From positions 1-64,000 of the forward strand of contig JAHLWZ010000812.1 in NCBI GenBank assembly GCA_020536535.1: 64,000 bases of DNA. Reading direction: 5' to 3'. The notes beneath the pieces are model-generated. The model was not told the origin of the DNA. It worked only from the letters and a program-made list of their open reading frames with translations, and ran no database searches. Position numbers and translations under genes: made by a program. The DNA is from Pelomyxa schiedti (taxonomy: Eukaryota; Protista; Evosea). This document shows, in pieces, positions 35,379 through 48,549 of this stretch (position 1 is the stretch's first letter; the number at the start of each line of letters is the position of its first letter).

Positions 35379-37365
35379 TCATATGTGGCTCAACCAAGAC
35401 AGGAGGGCAGAAAGGGGCCCGCCGCTGGATGCCGGGGAAGGGGATGCTGCAGTTTGTGGTGTGGAGGTACTAGTTGTTGAAGTGGCGCTGTGCTCCTGTG
35501 GGGATTCAGAGGGAAACTCGAAGCGGCAGCATGGGCAAGTGTTGTGCTGCGGTGTGTTCAGTGTTAATCGGTATGATGATAGGAGGGGAATTACCAGAGA
35601 AAGCCATGGCTTGATGCATTCAGGGTGGTAAATGTGCTTACATGGAAGCGAAACCAATTGCTCACCCAATGAAAGCTCCTCACGACATACAGTACATTGT
35701 TCGCCGTGATCTTTGGAAAGTGAGGAAAAGTTTGACGGAGTGCATATGAACATACCAACATAGTCTTGGGTTACAGAAACAGGTGTGAGCATTGTGGCAA
35801 TCGCATCCTTTGAGGCAGGTGGTGGTCCACTCATTTGTGACTGCTGAAATAGTCGGTTCAAAATTGCATCAATTTGTCCATCACTGGCGTAATCACCGAA
35901 AGGAATACCACCACCTTCTGCTTCAACTCCAACTCCAAACGTACTCCCACTGGCCATGCCTCGAGCATGGGAAAGGAGGAGGGTCAGAAGTGAATTACGA
36001 AGTCTATTCATGTTGGCTGTAGGTCGAGACTCTGAAATTACAACGTAAACAGGAACATGTGGATGGGCTTGGTCTTCATGTCTGGAAGGGGTTGCTCTGG
36101 GTTCTTGTGTTGGCGCGCGAACCATATTAAGGAAGTCGCTATCCAGAAGTGATTCCAAAGAAGGTGAGAGACTGGTTGGAGCTCGGTTTGAAGTAGAAGT
36201 AGTGGTTGTTGAAGTGGGTGAAGGAGACGAAGTGGATGAAGGAGAAGTTGGACTAGCCTGAGTACTTATACCATGCATAACGGTAATCTGTAATACCATT
36301 CCAGTGTGTGGCTCGCCATCTTCTCTTCCAGGAAACGTGTTCTCAGCATCAGAAAAAATAGCTGTTCCAGAAGAATTTTGCGCATTTTCTTCAGATTCTG
36401 ACTCGGAGTCGTGAACTTCTATAGGAGTCTGGCTGCTGCCACCAAAGCCAGGAATTTGGTTCAAGAAAAGGAAGGGGAAAGGAAGGAAGTCTACACCGCT
36501 ACTGCCAGCAGACAAAAAGTTGAATGGAGAACTGTGGTGGGGTTAATTTTGAGTGGGAGGAGAAAATTATATTCAAGACAAGATATGAGATATGAGATAT
36601 GGTCTTTTTTTTTTTGTTGAGAATAAATAAGTACCTTGTTTCTCGTGTACTATTAGTAACAGGGGTCCTGGGTTCACTTCTTTCACTTCTATAGGTAGGA
36701 TTTTCCGGGTCTGCGTCCGTGTCTGTGTGAGGTGTCCTAAGTCTATATGGTTGTCTGTGCTGCTGATGTTGGTGCCTGGATTGTTGTCTGGCGTGTGCTG
36801 GTGGATTGTGGTCAGTGTGCCTTTCGTGCGGACTATGTCTCGCTTCGGAAGGCTGAGTGGCTTGGAGAGGTGACCTATCCCCTCCATGCGACCTAGGGCC
36901 AGGTTGATTGAGATACTGCAAGGATGGTAGAGGCATTTGCGGAAGTCGCAGAGGAGAAGGAAGCATCTCAGAGACAGAAAGTGGCCCACTTGGAGGTACG
37001 AGAGCTTCGGGATATTGCATAGACAGCGAAGGAAAGACAGGAATGGGCTGCCTTCGGTGCGGAGTGTGCACGTGGGGCCTCGCAGCGTGGTGCTCAGTCG
37101 GCAGAGCCGCTGGCGAAGTGGGAGATCGCACTAGCGGAGGAGGTAGCGGACTTCGCTGCTCCGCAGAAGACGAGATCGGCGGCAGTACCAAAGGCATGGT
37201 AGTAGGCACGAACGGCGAACTACGTCTTGACGTCGAGGAGTGCGGAGGACGCGATGATGCGCTTGGCGTCGCACCGCGAGAAGACGAAGAATTACTACTG
37301 GAAACAGGTGTCGCAGATCCGGCTGGACTCCCCGACCCCGACACACGCGGCCTGTTAGGTTGCAT
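35379..37365 (-). CDS. RING-H2 E3 ubiquitin ligase (RNF126/RNF115-like)
   Basis: GPPPASKDAI...CTVCREELSLGEQLVSLPCKHIYHPECIKPWL|HNTCPCCRFEF. Confidence 0.9.
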
Positions 37366-37586
37366 TTTTCCTTTTTTCTTCTTTCTCTTTTCCCTGTGAA
37401 TATTTGTGGTCTTCTTGATGTTTCTCTTTGGTCACCAACTTTTTTGTTTTTCTCGAAATTTTTTGGGGATTAGTCTTGTGCGTTTTTGAGGTGACAACTT
37501 AGCAGGGGTTTTAATTTTAGGCGACGCGAAATGGGTGTCGATTGAAGAAGGAAGAGGCACGAAAAGAAGGACAAGGGAGTTCCATT

Positions 37587-39812
37587 TCATATTTGTGTAC
37601 ATACCAACACTAGACAACATAATAATACAAATGTGGAGCAGGTGACAGTCACCAACAGGATGAAATTGGGTGAGGGTTTCCATTTGAGTGTGTGCCGGTA
37701 GAATGCACCGCATTGGTGTGCACTGCTGTTGTAGAATCTGGTCCAAAACCGGCAGTTGAGTGCCGCACAGAGCCCCATGGTGAAGAACTGTTGGGTTCTG
37801 TGAAGCTGGATGAGTGATTGTTGCCAGGTGTGCTCCAGTTGCTTGGAGGTGTGGAAGCAGGTGCTGCACAGTGATGTGCGTTGGTTTCGGGATTCAGCTG
37901 ATTGGTTTTCGGCACTGCCGGGGGTATTTTGAAGAACTGAATGGACAAGGGAAACAAAGTCACGTTCGAGTGAGTCGCGAGAACTGGCTATGACTCTAGA
38001 GACAGACCTGGGGTATTCTTGAAGTACAAGGCTATTAACACTGGCTGTTGTTGTTAAATTACAGCTATTATGAGAAAAGAATGTACCATGAAGTTGCCAC
38101 AATTCTGTACTCATTTCTTCGGACACTAGTGTTGTTTAATAAAGGCTCCCAGAGATTTTACTTACGAAATGGTGTATCAATCCAAGTCGGTTTGAAAATG
38201 GAGGTACAGGCACATGCAGTGCCCGTAAACCATATTACGGGAGGTTCTAGGCGTGAATAAGGAAAAAGGAAACAATCAAGACCCCATACTGTCTATGTAC
38301 AGGCAGAAAACTGTAGAAGAGTTGGTATTTGCCGTTCTGATTGGTCCCCAGCCAGCATGTGAGCAAACGGACATCCCAGAGAGCCTATCCAGTGGTCGAA
38401 ACGAATAGGAAGTACCTGTTGTGGGGAAAAAAAACACCATGGCGTGTTAAAATAAGCGCTTCCTTAATTGTCACGTTGTTAAAATAAAGGACTGAGGCAA
38501 TGTTTTGAGAATGAAGAGTTACAAGGAAACCATATGGATAATGGTCCCGGAGAATAGACATAACGGTTAGTTCGTCAAGAGTACTGGCATTAGACATCAG
38601 TTGCATTGTCCGCTGTTGCCTCATATGTGCTGTATGTGAACGATTACATGAGTGTGGGATGGTGTGACGTCAATACCTTCCGTGAAATGTGTGTATGCAA
38701 TTCCACGCAGAGTTGCCGTGGAGAATAATGACGTTGCCTTAGCACTGCACTTGTTAAAGAAATCGCGGAAAAGTTGGGTACCTTCCCGGCAAGAAGTTTT
38801 CTGAACATAAATCATACTGGTGGAGCTCTGCAGTTGCTAAGAGTGAAGCGTTGCTAATTGTTGCTAGGCCTCCCATCTTCTTAGCTACCCATGAGACATC
38901 CACTGCTTCTAGTAACCAGATTTCATGTGGGTCCGCCAATAAGAATCTGAAGGTGAATATTGGCTGTATTCGGTAAAGGAATTTGAACACTACGAATTGT
39001 GGAACTGATGATATGTTCGCAGCTTTCCAATGACAAAGGCAAGCACGTCCACCGCATGTCTTGCGGAAACAGCATATTCAAGTACCATTCTCACCAAATC
39101 CACACCCACACGATGTTGGCTGTTCTGCACAGTAGTTGTATACAAGCTTTCACTCCCAACAGCCACACTCATCTGCAAAAGACCAATAATAAATAACCTT
39201 TCTAAGTACAACTTCCTCCTATCATTAGTTCATTATTTTCTCTTTCAACAGAATTAAAATTTGTTATCGTCGGCAAACGCGACGGTCTGGTGTTTATTTT
39301 ATTGTCCCATATAGCGAGCTGTACTAATTTGGATTTCTAAGAAAGCAAACCTCATTGCAACCAGCCTCAGCCCCCCAGCACCACAGCGGGCCACAGCAAA
39401 CAAACGCCAACTTGGCCGCCGGGTCTCCCACAATTGCGGCCGCCTCGTCCCGGTGCACCTCAAAAGGGTCTATCGCCGCCAGCCTCTTCTTCCCCTCGCT
39501 CTCGTCCGCCGTTGCCCCTCCCGTGCAAGGAGGTGTCCCCGTGCCCTTCCCCGGCCCCGGCCTCGCCCAGCCTCCCTCCCCGCCCAATACATCGGCTGCA
39601 CTCCCGGCCCCTGGGCGATCTGGGGTAGCAGGGTGCATGGACTCGGGGGCGCGCTGGGGACGCCGGCGGGGGTGGTAGGAGAGGTGCTGGGGCTCCCATG
39701 GGGTGCGGTCGCTGTTCTTGGCTAGGATGCCCCCGCTCCAGGGCACGGACGGGCCCCCCACGGCCGCGACGGTGTCGCAGTCGCACTCGAACGAAGACTG
39801 GGCGGGCTCCAT
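37587..39812 (-). CDS. Secernin / peptidase C69 family
   Basis: CDTVAA...AKNSDR...WGAEAGCNE, GVDLVRMVLE, HNS|FLLADPHEIWLLE. Confidence 0.9.
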
Positions 39813-40027
39813 CGCCGCCGTTGTAACTTCTTGCGACGACGTTTGGGGACCGAACGTGGTTCGGTTAGACGACGGTAGGTGCACTAAAATGGCTGAGGAA
39901 TCGGATGTTGTCGAATGGGAAGAAGCCTTCCGATCCTTTTTGTCGTTGTCGTCTGAAAAAGAAGAACAAAAACGGAAGGGAAAGCGAAAAGGAAGGGAAA
40001 AAAAACGGCCTATCACCGGTGACTTCG

Positions 40028-43000
40028 ATGGACGCTGAGGAAGAACAGGCGTTGAGCCAACAACGTAGGCGCATGAGGGCCCAACAGATGGTCCGTAAAC
40101 TCCACGAGCCAGTAGATGAGTCCCTCGTCCCGGCCTCCGCTCGAAGTCCCCCTGCACTCGTCCCACAATCCGCTTCCGCTTCCGCCTCTGCTTCTTCGCT
40201 GTCGTCGTCGCCACCTACGGTTGTTGTTCCGGCGCCTGGAGCGGCAAACAAGGCCAGGGGCGCGAAGTCTGTGGCGGCTCCCATAATGCAGGCTTCCCCC
40301 GAGGGTGGTGTAGTGGGTGGCGCAAGTTCCGCGGAAATTCACAAGAGATGTGCAACTACAATGCTTTCCAGCGTTCCCAATCTCAAACCAAAAAAAAAGT
40401 GCCTGGTAGCATTCAAGAAGAAAAATACAAACAAGTATCTTTCTACAGCAACACCTGAAAAGGAAGACACTGCAACTGCTGTTGTTGACAAAATTTCTGC
40501 TGATAAACCACCCCTTTGTATTGGTGGTGGGTCATTGGAGTCAGTTCAAACAAAACCTGAAGAACCTTCTCACTACCACTGTGACGTCACATTGCCCAAT
40601 TCTCCTGAACAACAAAAATCTTCTGCTGAAGGAAATTCTGGAGCATTGCCAATGGATACAGCCATTGTTGATGAAAGGCCAAGTCAGAACATTGTATCAG
40701 ATTCTGTAATTTACACCCCTCATCTGGAGAAAGAAGAACTCTCACCCATTCTTGAAGAAACTTCCAATGACACCCAGTTAATTGAAATTGGGGAAGAGAA
40801 GGACAAGGCTGATGAGCAAGACTGTAAACCAACTACTTTCAAAAATGAGGACACACTTCTTCCTACTCCCCTTACGTATCAACCATTGGCTGAACTCACT
40901 GCTTGCCCAATTGTGGAATCAAATCTCACAACAACCCAAATCAGTGAGCAAGAGGAGACTTCCCTCAAACCACTTCCACCACCTCGACCGCCACCTTCTA
41001 CCGGTCATAGAAGACAAAAACACTCCCCACCGCCACCCCCTCAGAAACCCCCTCCCTCAACAGTTATTGTTGCACCAAAATGTAATGAACCTCAAGTTGC
41101 GAATGTAGGGGATACAGAAACTAACAGTAAGTGCACAGAAGATCTCTCACTAATACAAATGTCTTCACCACGTTCTGTAACAGAGGTGACTATGAACTTG
41201 CTATTTTCTTTCCTTACATTACAAGGAAACCGCTGAATTAATTATTACAAGCACAACTACATGTGAACAGGACACCTGCGTTGTACCATCGATTCCGACC
41301 TCAGCCATAATCAAGCCCAAAAAAAGAGGCCGGCCACGGGTTTTTGACAGGCCGTCAGGTGTTGATATAGCCTCCTTTTTATCAGTTCAACCAGAAGCGC
41401 CACAAGCAACTATTAATCTTCCGGCATGCGAGATCGGAGGCAATGAAGCCTCTTCTCTTGTTACATGCACATCAGTCTCTGAAAAGGTGTCGAACTCTTC
41501 TTCTTTCGCAATTTTCACATAGTGTCTAGAAGGAGACCTTGCCACTGCCTCCTGAAGGTATTAAAATTTTCACTCCCGTTTTTTCCTGATCAACTTGCAG
41601 ATAGTACTCTAACAATTCTTACACCTGGTTACTACATGCAGGCATGTTCTAGTGGTCTCAATTCAATGGCAATCTCTAAATCTCTATTGAAAACTGACAT
41701 CCCTCTGCCAACTGTATGTGTTCAAACATCGAGTTGGTTATTTTTCTCAATATTACAGGAGCCTTGGTATTGTGAATACTTTTTTGGCAAAGGTATGACT
41801 TGTGTCTCTTACATCTTCTTATTTTTTCTCCCCAGAGCATACTAATTATATCGGGGAAGCCACTCCAGACGGATTGTTTATTGCCTCAGTCTTGGAACCA
41901 GTTGCAACTCAGTCAACACGGGTCCTCATCAGATCTAAAAATGTTTATCAATGAAAATAAATGACAACACTAACCTTAACACCCTTATAGAAAGATTACA
42001 AGGGGCTTATTACTGGCTTACCAGGCTCAAAAGTTCCCCTGCAGGAAATCTGTACTGAATTACAAACTGGGATGAAAATAAAGAAATATTCACAAGAAAA
42101 AAAGCTGGAGCATGCACCACTAACAAAACTCTTGAAACGCCTCGAAGAATGTCAGGTTAGTTTCCTCTAACAGTGTTAGTTATTGATTTTCCAACTTCGA
42201 AGGACACTGGATCCTATCATTTCGGAGTTGTTTATTGTAGAGATTCACAAACTACTGAAGATGAATTCTTTTCTAACGGTTGAAACATGATACAAGGGAA
42301 GAAATTAACCTCCACCAAGAGAATGGAAGTTACATGTTCGAGCAGTTTTTACTTCTATTAGGAGATAAGATTTGTCTTCAGGGATGGCAAGGGTACAATG
42401 CTGGTCTTGACGTAACAAGTTGTCTTTTCGTCAACCGACTTGTTCTCACAGTTTTCTCTCAAACCAAGATAACGCAACCGGAACGCATTCCATCTTTACT
42501 AAATCCCTTGGTTTCAACGTAATGCTTCATGTCTCCACTTTACTTCCATTCAGTACAACAGGCTCACAAGTGGAACGAAAACGGTTTTTGTGACATGTTA
42601 ACCTACATTTTTGATTACTAATAATGGATTTTCCCCATTGTACCAGACACCTTGCTACTGACACTGTTGTACTCTACTACCTAGAAGGAAATTCGAAATT
42701 GGATGTTTCATCTGTTAAACTGGAATCAAATTGTGTGTTTTTCCCTTGTAATTCGTTTTCAGTAATCTCCTTCAGGTGTATTCATTACTGTAAAATACCG
42801 AGAAAGCAAATTCATGTTACCTCTATTTATGCTGTTTTAAGCACCCACACCCTCACAGATGTGAAATTTGTTGCAAATCATATGTACCTGACTTTGGACC
42901 TGCCATTTGTACTCCTTTCCTGTTCGATGACCCCGAAGTATTTGCACGTTTCCTTTTGTGCAAAGGTATTATCATTCCTCCAACAATAAAGCTTACGAGG

Positions 43001-43137
43001 CTACAGCTTTGAATGCAACACACGCTTGTATGTCCATTCCATCTGTCCAAGTAAATCAGACACACAGTCGGCTGGAGGCTCTATCTTCTGTTCTCATAGA
43101 ACTACACACCACTGATGAGGATATTTCTGAACCCTAA
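40028..43137 (+). CDS. Rap/Ral GAP domain protein
   Basis: WYCEYFFGK|EHTNY, FGVVYC...EDEFFSN, FEQFLLLLG...GWQGYNAGLD, VMLHVSTLLP, QVERKRHL. Confidence 0.9.
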
Positions 43138-43294
43138 ACAAGGCTGGGCTCTATTCTATTAATTTATACTACAGACCGCACATACCTACACCCACATTTG
43201 TTATTATATTTTTATGAAGACAGAAAAAATTGTTTACACCAGAAAAAAAACTTTCTTTAAAAAACACTTTGCCTTTGCTTGTTTGCTTTTACAA

Positions 43295-44450
43295 TTAGGT
43301 CTTTCCTCCTCTTCTAGTCCTGGTCTTTTTATTCTTCTTGGCGGAGTGTGGTTGCAAGACCAACTTTGGGGGTGGTGCAGTCATGGGGACCTTCAATTCC
43401 AATGTTTCGAGTGTATCATTTCTAATTGCGAGTGCTGCTTGGTCGTGTGTAGAATCGCCACCAAAGGCAGACTTGAGCATTGGGAACAATCGCTTGTATA
43501 AGGGTGCATTCTCTTGAACATACAAATCCGTGGCATCATCCGTAAGTTCTTTCTCCGGTATTCCATTGTCAATCTCCCCTTTGAGGAGTTGAAGTCTTTG
43601 GGCAAGAATGGCCATCTGCTGTTTGAGTTGATTGCGTGCAGCTTTCTTGCCTCTCTGCGGAAGATGGTTAGGAACAACAAACGACGCGGATAGGAAGATA
43701 AACCTGCCAATTTTGTCTCGCCAGGTCCTTGTATCTATCCAAATCAGTAGGCGGTACCACTTCGTCCCCAGTTATCTTTCTCTTCTTTGCCCTACGGGCG
43801 GCATACTCAGCACACACCTGGTCCTCAACCTCTCGTGGAACCTCCACTTTCTCAACTACATAAGAATCTTTCCTTCCCCTCTTCGTGCCAGCGTACTTCT
43901 CCTCCTCTTCTTCTCCCTCTCCACCAGCAGTGTAAGTAGAGCCAGAAGCAGTGGATGCAGAAGCACTAGTCGTGGTAGTGGCGCTGTGGACGGGCTCACG
44001 AGGGAGGAACTGAGAATACATTCCAGGGTACAGAGTGCCAGTCACTTCGCAGGTCGTTGGCTCGAACACGGGAGCAGAAGGCTGCAAGTCCGCGACGGGT
44101 GGCTGGTGCATGGGCGACAGGTGTTGATTGTGCAGTACTTGGTTGCCGCTGCGTGCCAGCGGGGACACAGGGTCGTAGTTCTCCTCGGCGCCAAATTGCA
44201 GGGGCGGGAAATGCCCAGGCGGCGTGTTGGATACGGAAGGAGGCAGGAACGAGTGAGCCGTCGCGCCCATTGCGCGGTTGTTGGTGTTTGTAGGAGGCGG
44301 AGTGCGGGGGCCAATTTGTGTGGGCAGCGGGAGCGGAATCGGCGGCGGGGGGCTGTGGCGCAACAGAGACTGCGTCTGTGGTTGCGATGGAGTGGGGGAA
44401 TGCGCTAGCGACGGCGGGGCTCCGTGTGCGGGGCGTCTTGCTTGCTCCAT
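43295..44450 (-). CDS. Hypothetical protein (Pro-rich N-terminus, basic NLS-like segments)
   Basis: Long ORF MEQARRP...RRAKKRK plus a 3' exon ending KKNKKTRTRRGGKT*. Confidence 0.6.
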
Positions 44451-44730
44451 GTACCTCTTTTTAATGAGATGGAATGAGAGGATGAGACCCGATCTGGTGA
44501 AAAAGAAAAAAAAAACGTGAGACAACGTTCGGCGGGTCACATGAGATGGGTGACCTGGAAAATATAAAGAGTTGGGGTGCATAAATAAGAAAGCAAGAAA
44601 TCCAGCCCAAAGGGGGTTCGGCTGCGTATTACAGGTTTTTTTTATTGTTATTGCCTTGTGGTTTCATTGTTTTTTTTTTAATAATTGTTTGAAATTTGGT
44701 CCTGTTTTGCAACTCGTGTGCCCTGGCGAC

Positions 44731-46573
44731 ATGCCACAATCTCAATTTGTTCAAATCTTGCCTGCCACAAATAATTGGATTGCCGCTCTTGTTGTCATTT
44801 CTGCTAGTTTTATTGTGTTGGCGCTCGTGGCTCAGATCTATCCCAATATTCACCAGCAGCTTCTTCGTTGGGCCTTTGTCCTCATCTTACGAGATTCTGT
44901 TCATACCCGCTGTTTCTTATCAATGGACTGCAGCACAAGCACATCCCCTGATACAACTCCAATCAAAGTCGTTGTTGTGCGGTACATTCACTGCGAGATC
45001 TTTGTGGTGTGCTCACATGCACAAAAAAGGTCTCACACTGGCTCCAAGAAGTGCTGGGATCATCTGAGGACACATTCACGTGATTTTGGGGACAGGCCTC
45101 TTACGATAACTTATCAGAAGTATTCCTGCTCAAACCCTTGTTGCATACCAAGCACTTTACAGGGAATTCACTCTTGAAACCTTGATTCGTGCCAACCCTG
45201 ATGTTATTGTGTGCTCTGATCCCGCAGGGGCGCCATATCAATATACTACTGCGGAAGTAAATGCCCTATCGTCGTACATAAACCAAAACTGCTCTCGGCA
45301 TTTATTTGGTACCATTACCTTTCCCTCCTCTTTTTTTTCACTGTCTGACAGGTACATATGCCACATTTTATCATAAGGTTTTTGCACCCTCTCATACATT
45401 TCTTTTCTCAATTGCAACAGGAAGGCCCTACTGAATCACCACATATCTATGATAACAGGTCTTTTCTTCAAGTTCTTTTTAGGTGGTAATGTCATACAGA
45501 GCTCTTGCATCATTGTTTGGACTCGACCCTGACATCTTTTATACCACAAGACGGTAATGTTTTTCTGCAATATCGTTTGGTTAATCAGTTATAGGCTCTC
45601 AACACAGCCCAAGTACTTCCCTGAGGTACATGCTTTCCCAAAAAAAACAATAGAAATAAATACACTGCAGTTGTCCAGCAGGAACTCCCTACTGTGGAAG
45701 AATATTCCGTTCCCATATATATCTGGTTTGATTTCTTTGGTTTTACATCCCCTTACGCGGAACAGGTGGATATGCTTCTTCACAGATACCCGATACTGGT
45801 ACGCTCCGCCACTATGCCCCACTATGCCCCACTATGCAACTCAGTAGCTGTAGGTACTCCAAATACCTGGTTCGAGAACACCGGAGCTCTATCGGGAGCT
45901 AGCCCCGATTGTTCTGTTCTCGCGAAAACATTGTATATCTATGAACTGTTCTGGCGGAATTAACACATTACTGAACAGGGATGGCAGTTGTGTAGTTCTA
46001 AATTACGTGTGTGAGAGATTCACGTCCCTATACAGTATGTACTCTCATGAACCTTCCTGTGTCTAACTAAACAAAAAGTTTCCCACATGCCCGAGGTATA
46101 TATTCCCTCGTTAACTCTTTTCTTACAATGGGTTATTATCAACTTTGGTCTTAGTACGAGTCAGGTAAGAACCACCCTATCTTATTTCTTTATCTCACTC
46201 CTTCATAAGCCAGAAGTTCCCACGATGATCTGCAACTCCTCTACAACGTGATTGTATTCTTGTACAACCAAGGTTTGGTGAAAATTGCCCCATTAACCCT
46301 GAACGACATTAAGGAAAATTGAACTCACTGAGCAATCGATGCCTTGAACTTGTGGCGAGGAACATTCGAAATTATCCGCAGAGTTCTATTAAGAGTATGG
46401 CACCCGTTACAATTTCACTGCCCACCTTCCTCCCACTAACACCCAACCAATCAGGCTTACCAGTGGACATCCAACAGCGAGTCTACTCAACTGCTTTCTT
46501 CTCGACTGGCTACCCAGAAAGCACCAAAGAATTTTTCGCCGACTTCGAGGCACCACAGTGTCACGTCTCCTGA
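44731..46573 (+). CDS. Hypothetical protein with C-terminal BC-box/SOCS-box-like motif
   Basis: LIRANPDVIVCSDPAG domain; C-terminal NSLSNRCLELVARNI...GLPVDIQQRV. Confidence 0.55.
45808..45837 (+). repeat. Intronic 10-bp tandem repeat (CCACTATGCC)x3
   Basis: ccactatgccccactatgccccactatgc inside a GT..AG intron. Confidence 0.8.
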
Positions 46574-46695
46574 AACTGACACCAACGCCCTGTCCTGATC
46601 TGTACCATACCTAAATTATGCAGAAAAACCAGTAAATTAAAAAAAAAAAAAAAAATAGGAAGAGCAATCAATCAAACAAACAGCACCATAAAGCA

Positions 46696-47602
46696 ATGAG
46701 TTACGTCGGGGAAGGAGGAGGAGGGCTCGACGACGAGGGGCTGGAGGAGAACGAGGTGATGGAGGAAGGGGGAGGGCCGCAGGGGATGGGGATGGGAGGC
46801 GGGGGAGGCGCGGGGGGCGGGGAGGGCCTGTCGCTGCCAAAGGCCACCGTCACCAAGCTGATCAAGGAGCTGGTGCCGGCAAACATGCGGTGCCCAACGG
46901 ACACGAGGGACTTGATGCTGGACTGCTGCGTTGGTGAGCTGGCCAAACCCCTCGTCATGTCACACTCTTGTGTGGCTCTTGTTATGGTTTATGTTTGGTG
47001 GCTGTGTTTGCTTTGGTTGTGGGTTTTGTTTTGTTGGATGGGGTAATGTTGTTTTGATGCCATTCCTCTCGTACTCAGAGTTTATTCACTTGGTGGCTAC
47101 GCAGGCGAATGATGCTGCATGCAAGACAAACAAGAAGACAATATCTGGTCCTCATGTTTTGGAAGCTCTCAAAGTACTAATCATTGGCCTGTTTTGAGCA
47201 AGCGTGTCACAGACACGATATAATAACCCCAAATAAACAAACAAAACCATCGCACCGAATCACAACCTCACACAATACAAAAATCAGCTTTGACTGAGTC
47301 ACAAACATATTGAAGGAACTTGGGTTTGACCAATATATTGGGCAAGCAACTCTCACCTATGGACAGCACAGAGAAGGACAAGCGGTATGCAAACCACAAC
47401 TAACTACAAATTAACCCGAATCAGGACAAACCCAAAGGCAGAAAAGGGAAAATGGCATCCAAGGGTGTTTCAGAAGAAGAATTGGAGCGGGAACAGGAAG
47501 CTTGCTTTGATAAGGTTTTCCCATCTTTCTTCTCTTGAAATTTGACTGCGAATCAAGGCACAAGCAGCATTTGAGGGGAGGCAAGGCCTCACGCTATCAT
47601 GA
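46696..47602 (+). CDS. DR1: Negative cofactor 2 beta (Dr1), histone-fold
   Basis: LSLPKATVTKLIKE...DCCV|EFIHLVATQAND...KKTISGPHVLEALK|ELGF, EEELEREQE. Confidence 0.92.
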
Positions 47603-47938
47603 GACCAAACAAAACAAAGCAACATTTCGAAATATCAACAAGAACTGCGTAAAAAAAAGCTATTGCTGTTTTGAAGAAAAGAAATTCTTCATTTAAGTTT
47701 GGCAAAATTGGAGATAGGTGGTAGATTATGCAGAACTAAAGGCCCCTGTACAAAAGTAAGATCAAGAAAAACTAAATCAAACAACCTGAAGGTGCCGGTA
47801 ATACTTCCTAAAGTTGGCAAGCCGCGAGGTATCCAAGAAAAGTGCGGTAGAAGAGAAAACTGAACATAGCATAGCCGTTGTATAAGTATGTTACAGAAAC
47901 GTTCGAGAACTATTCTATTTTGTGAACTACCAACCCCT

Positions 47939-48123
47939 GGGGGGGACTTGGCTCCAGCAGCCAGGCCAGGTTGATCCGAAGGCGGGAGTCAGTCACTGGC
48001 CCACACAAAAGTGACAAGCAATCACAAAAACTGAATAAAAACAATGACGAAAAATAAAGGGCACAGTTCCAGCAGCCAGGCCTCATCGGACCATAGGCGG
48101 GAGTCAGTCGCCAAGCCCACCCC
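47939..48123 (-). ncRNA. Predicted structured RNA element, copy B (two X/Y motifs, two-fold symmetric)
   Basis: Exact direct repeats tccagcagccaggcc (47953-47967, 48068-48082) and aggcgggagtcagtc (47980-47994, 48095-48109). Flanks and spacers are mutually complementary: 47944-52/48110-18, 47972-79/48086-93, 47995-48002/48059-67. Confidence 0.65.
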
Positions 48124-48549
48124 GTCCCACTCCCCTGTCACTACTTGTATACCTTATGGTACGAATCAACTAAGAAATCAACTCGCTTTGGAGAGTTAAA
48201 GGTAGCGCTCAAAGGTGCGAGGAAGGGGAAAAAGACGCGATAAGAAGGCGGAGAAAAAGAAACAAAGAAAAAAGACGCGACACAGCCGCATAGGCCCAGC
48301 ATGCTCCCAAAGTGCGTACGGACAGATGTTGCCTCCCAAATTTGTTCCCCCTACGTTGCGCCTGTCGTCGGCTCGCCACTCGTTTTTTACAATATTTATA
48401 GATTCAAGTGAATCAAGTTATCAAATTTAAATAAGGGAAAATTGACGTACTAAATGCAACTCCGGCTGTGAATGTCACCAAAACACTGACTGATAGACTC
48501 AAGCGATCGCTGATTACTGGGGTCCTTACAGTTTCACCTCAAAGTCTTG

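Noticed and set aside
47939-48123. HDV-like, twister or hammerhead ribozyme, SRP helix 8, SECIS or CRISPR repeat
   Set aside because: No UCCNCGY L3 with nested pseudoknot, no CUGANGA/GAAA, no GNRA-capped CAGG/AGCA hairpin, no AUGA core; only two units with complementary spacers.
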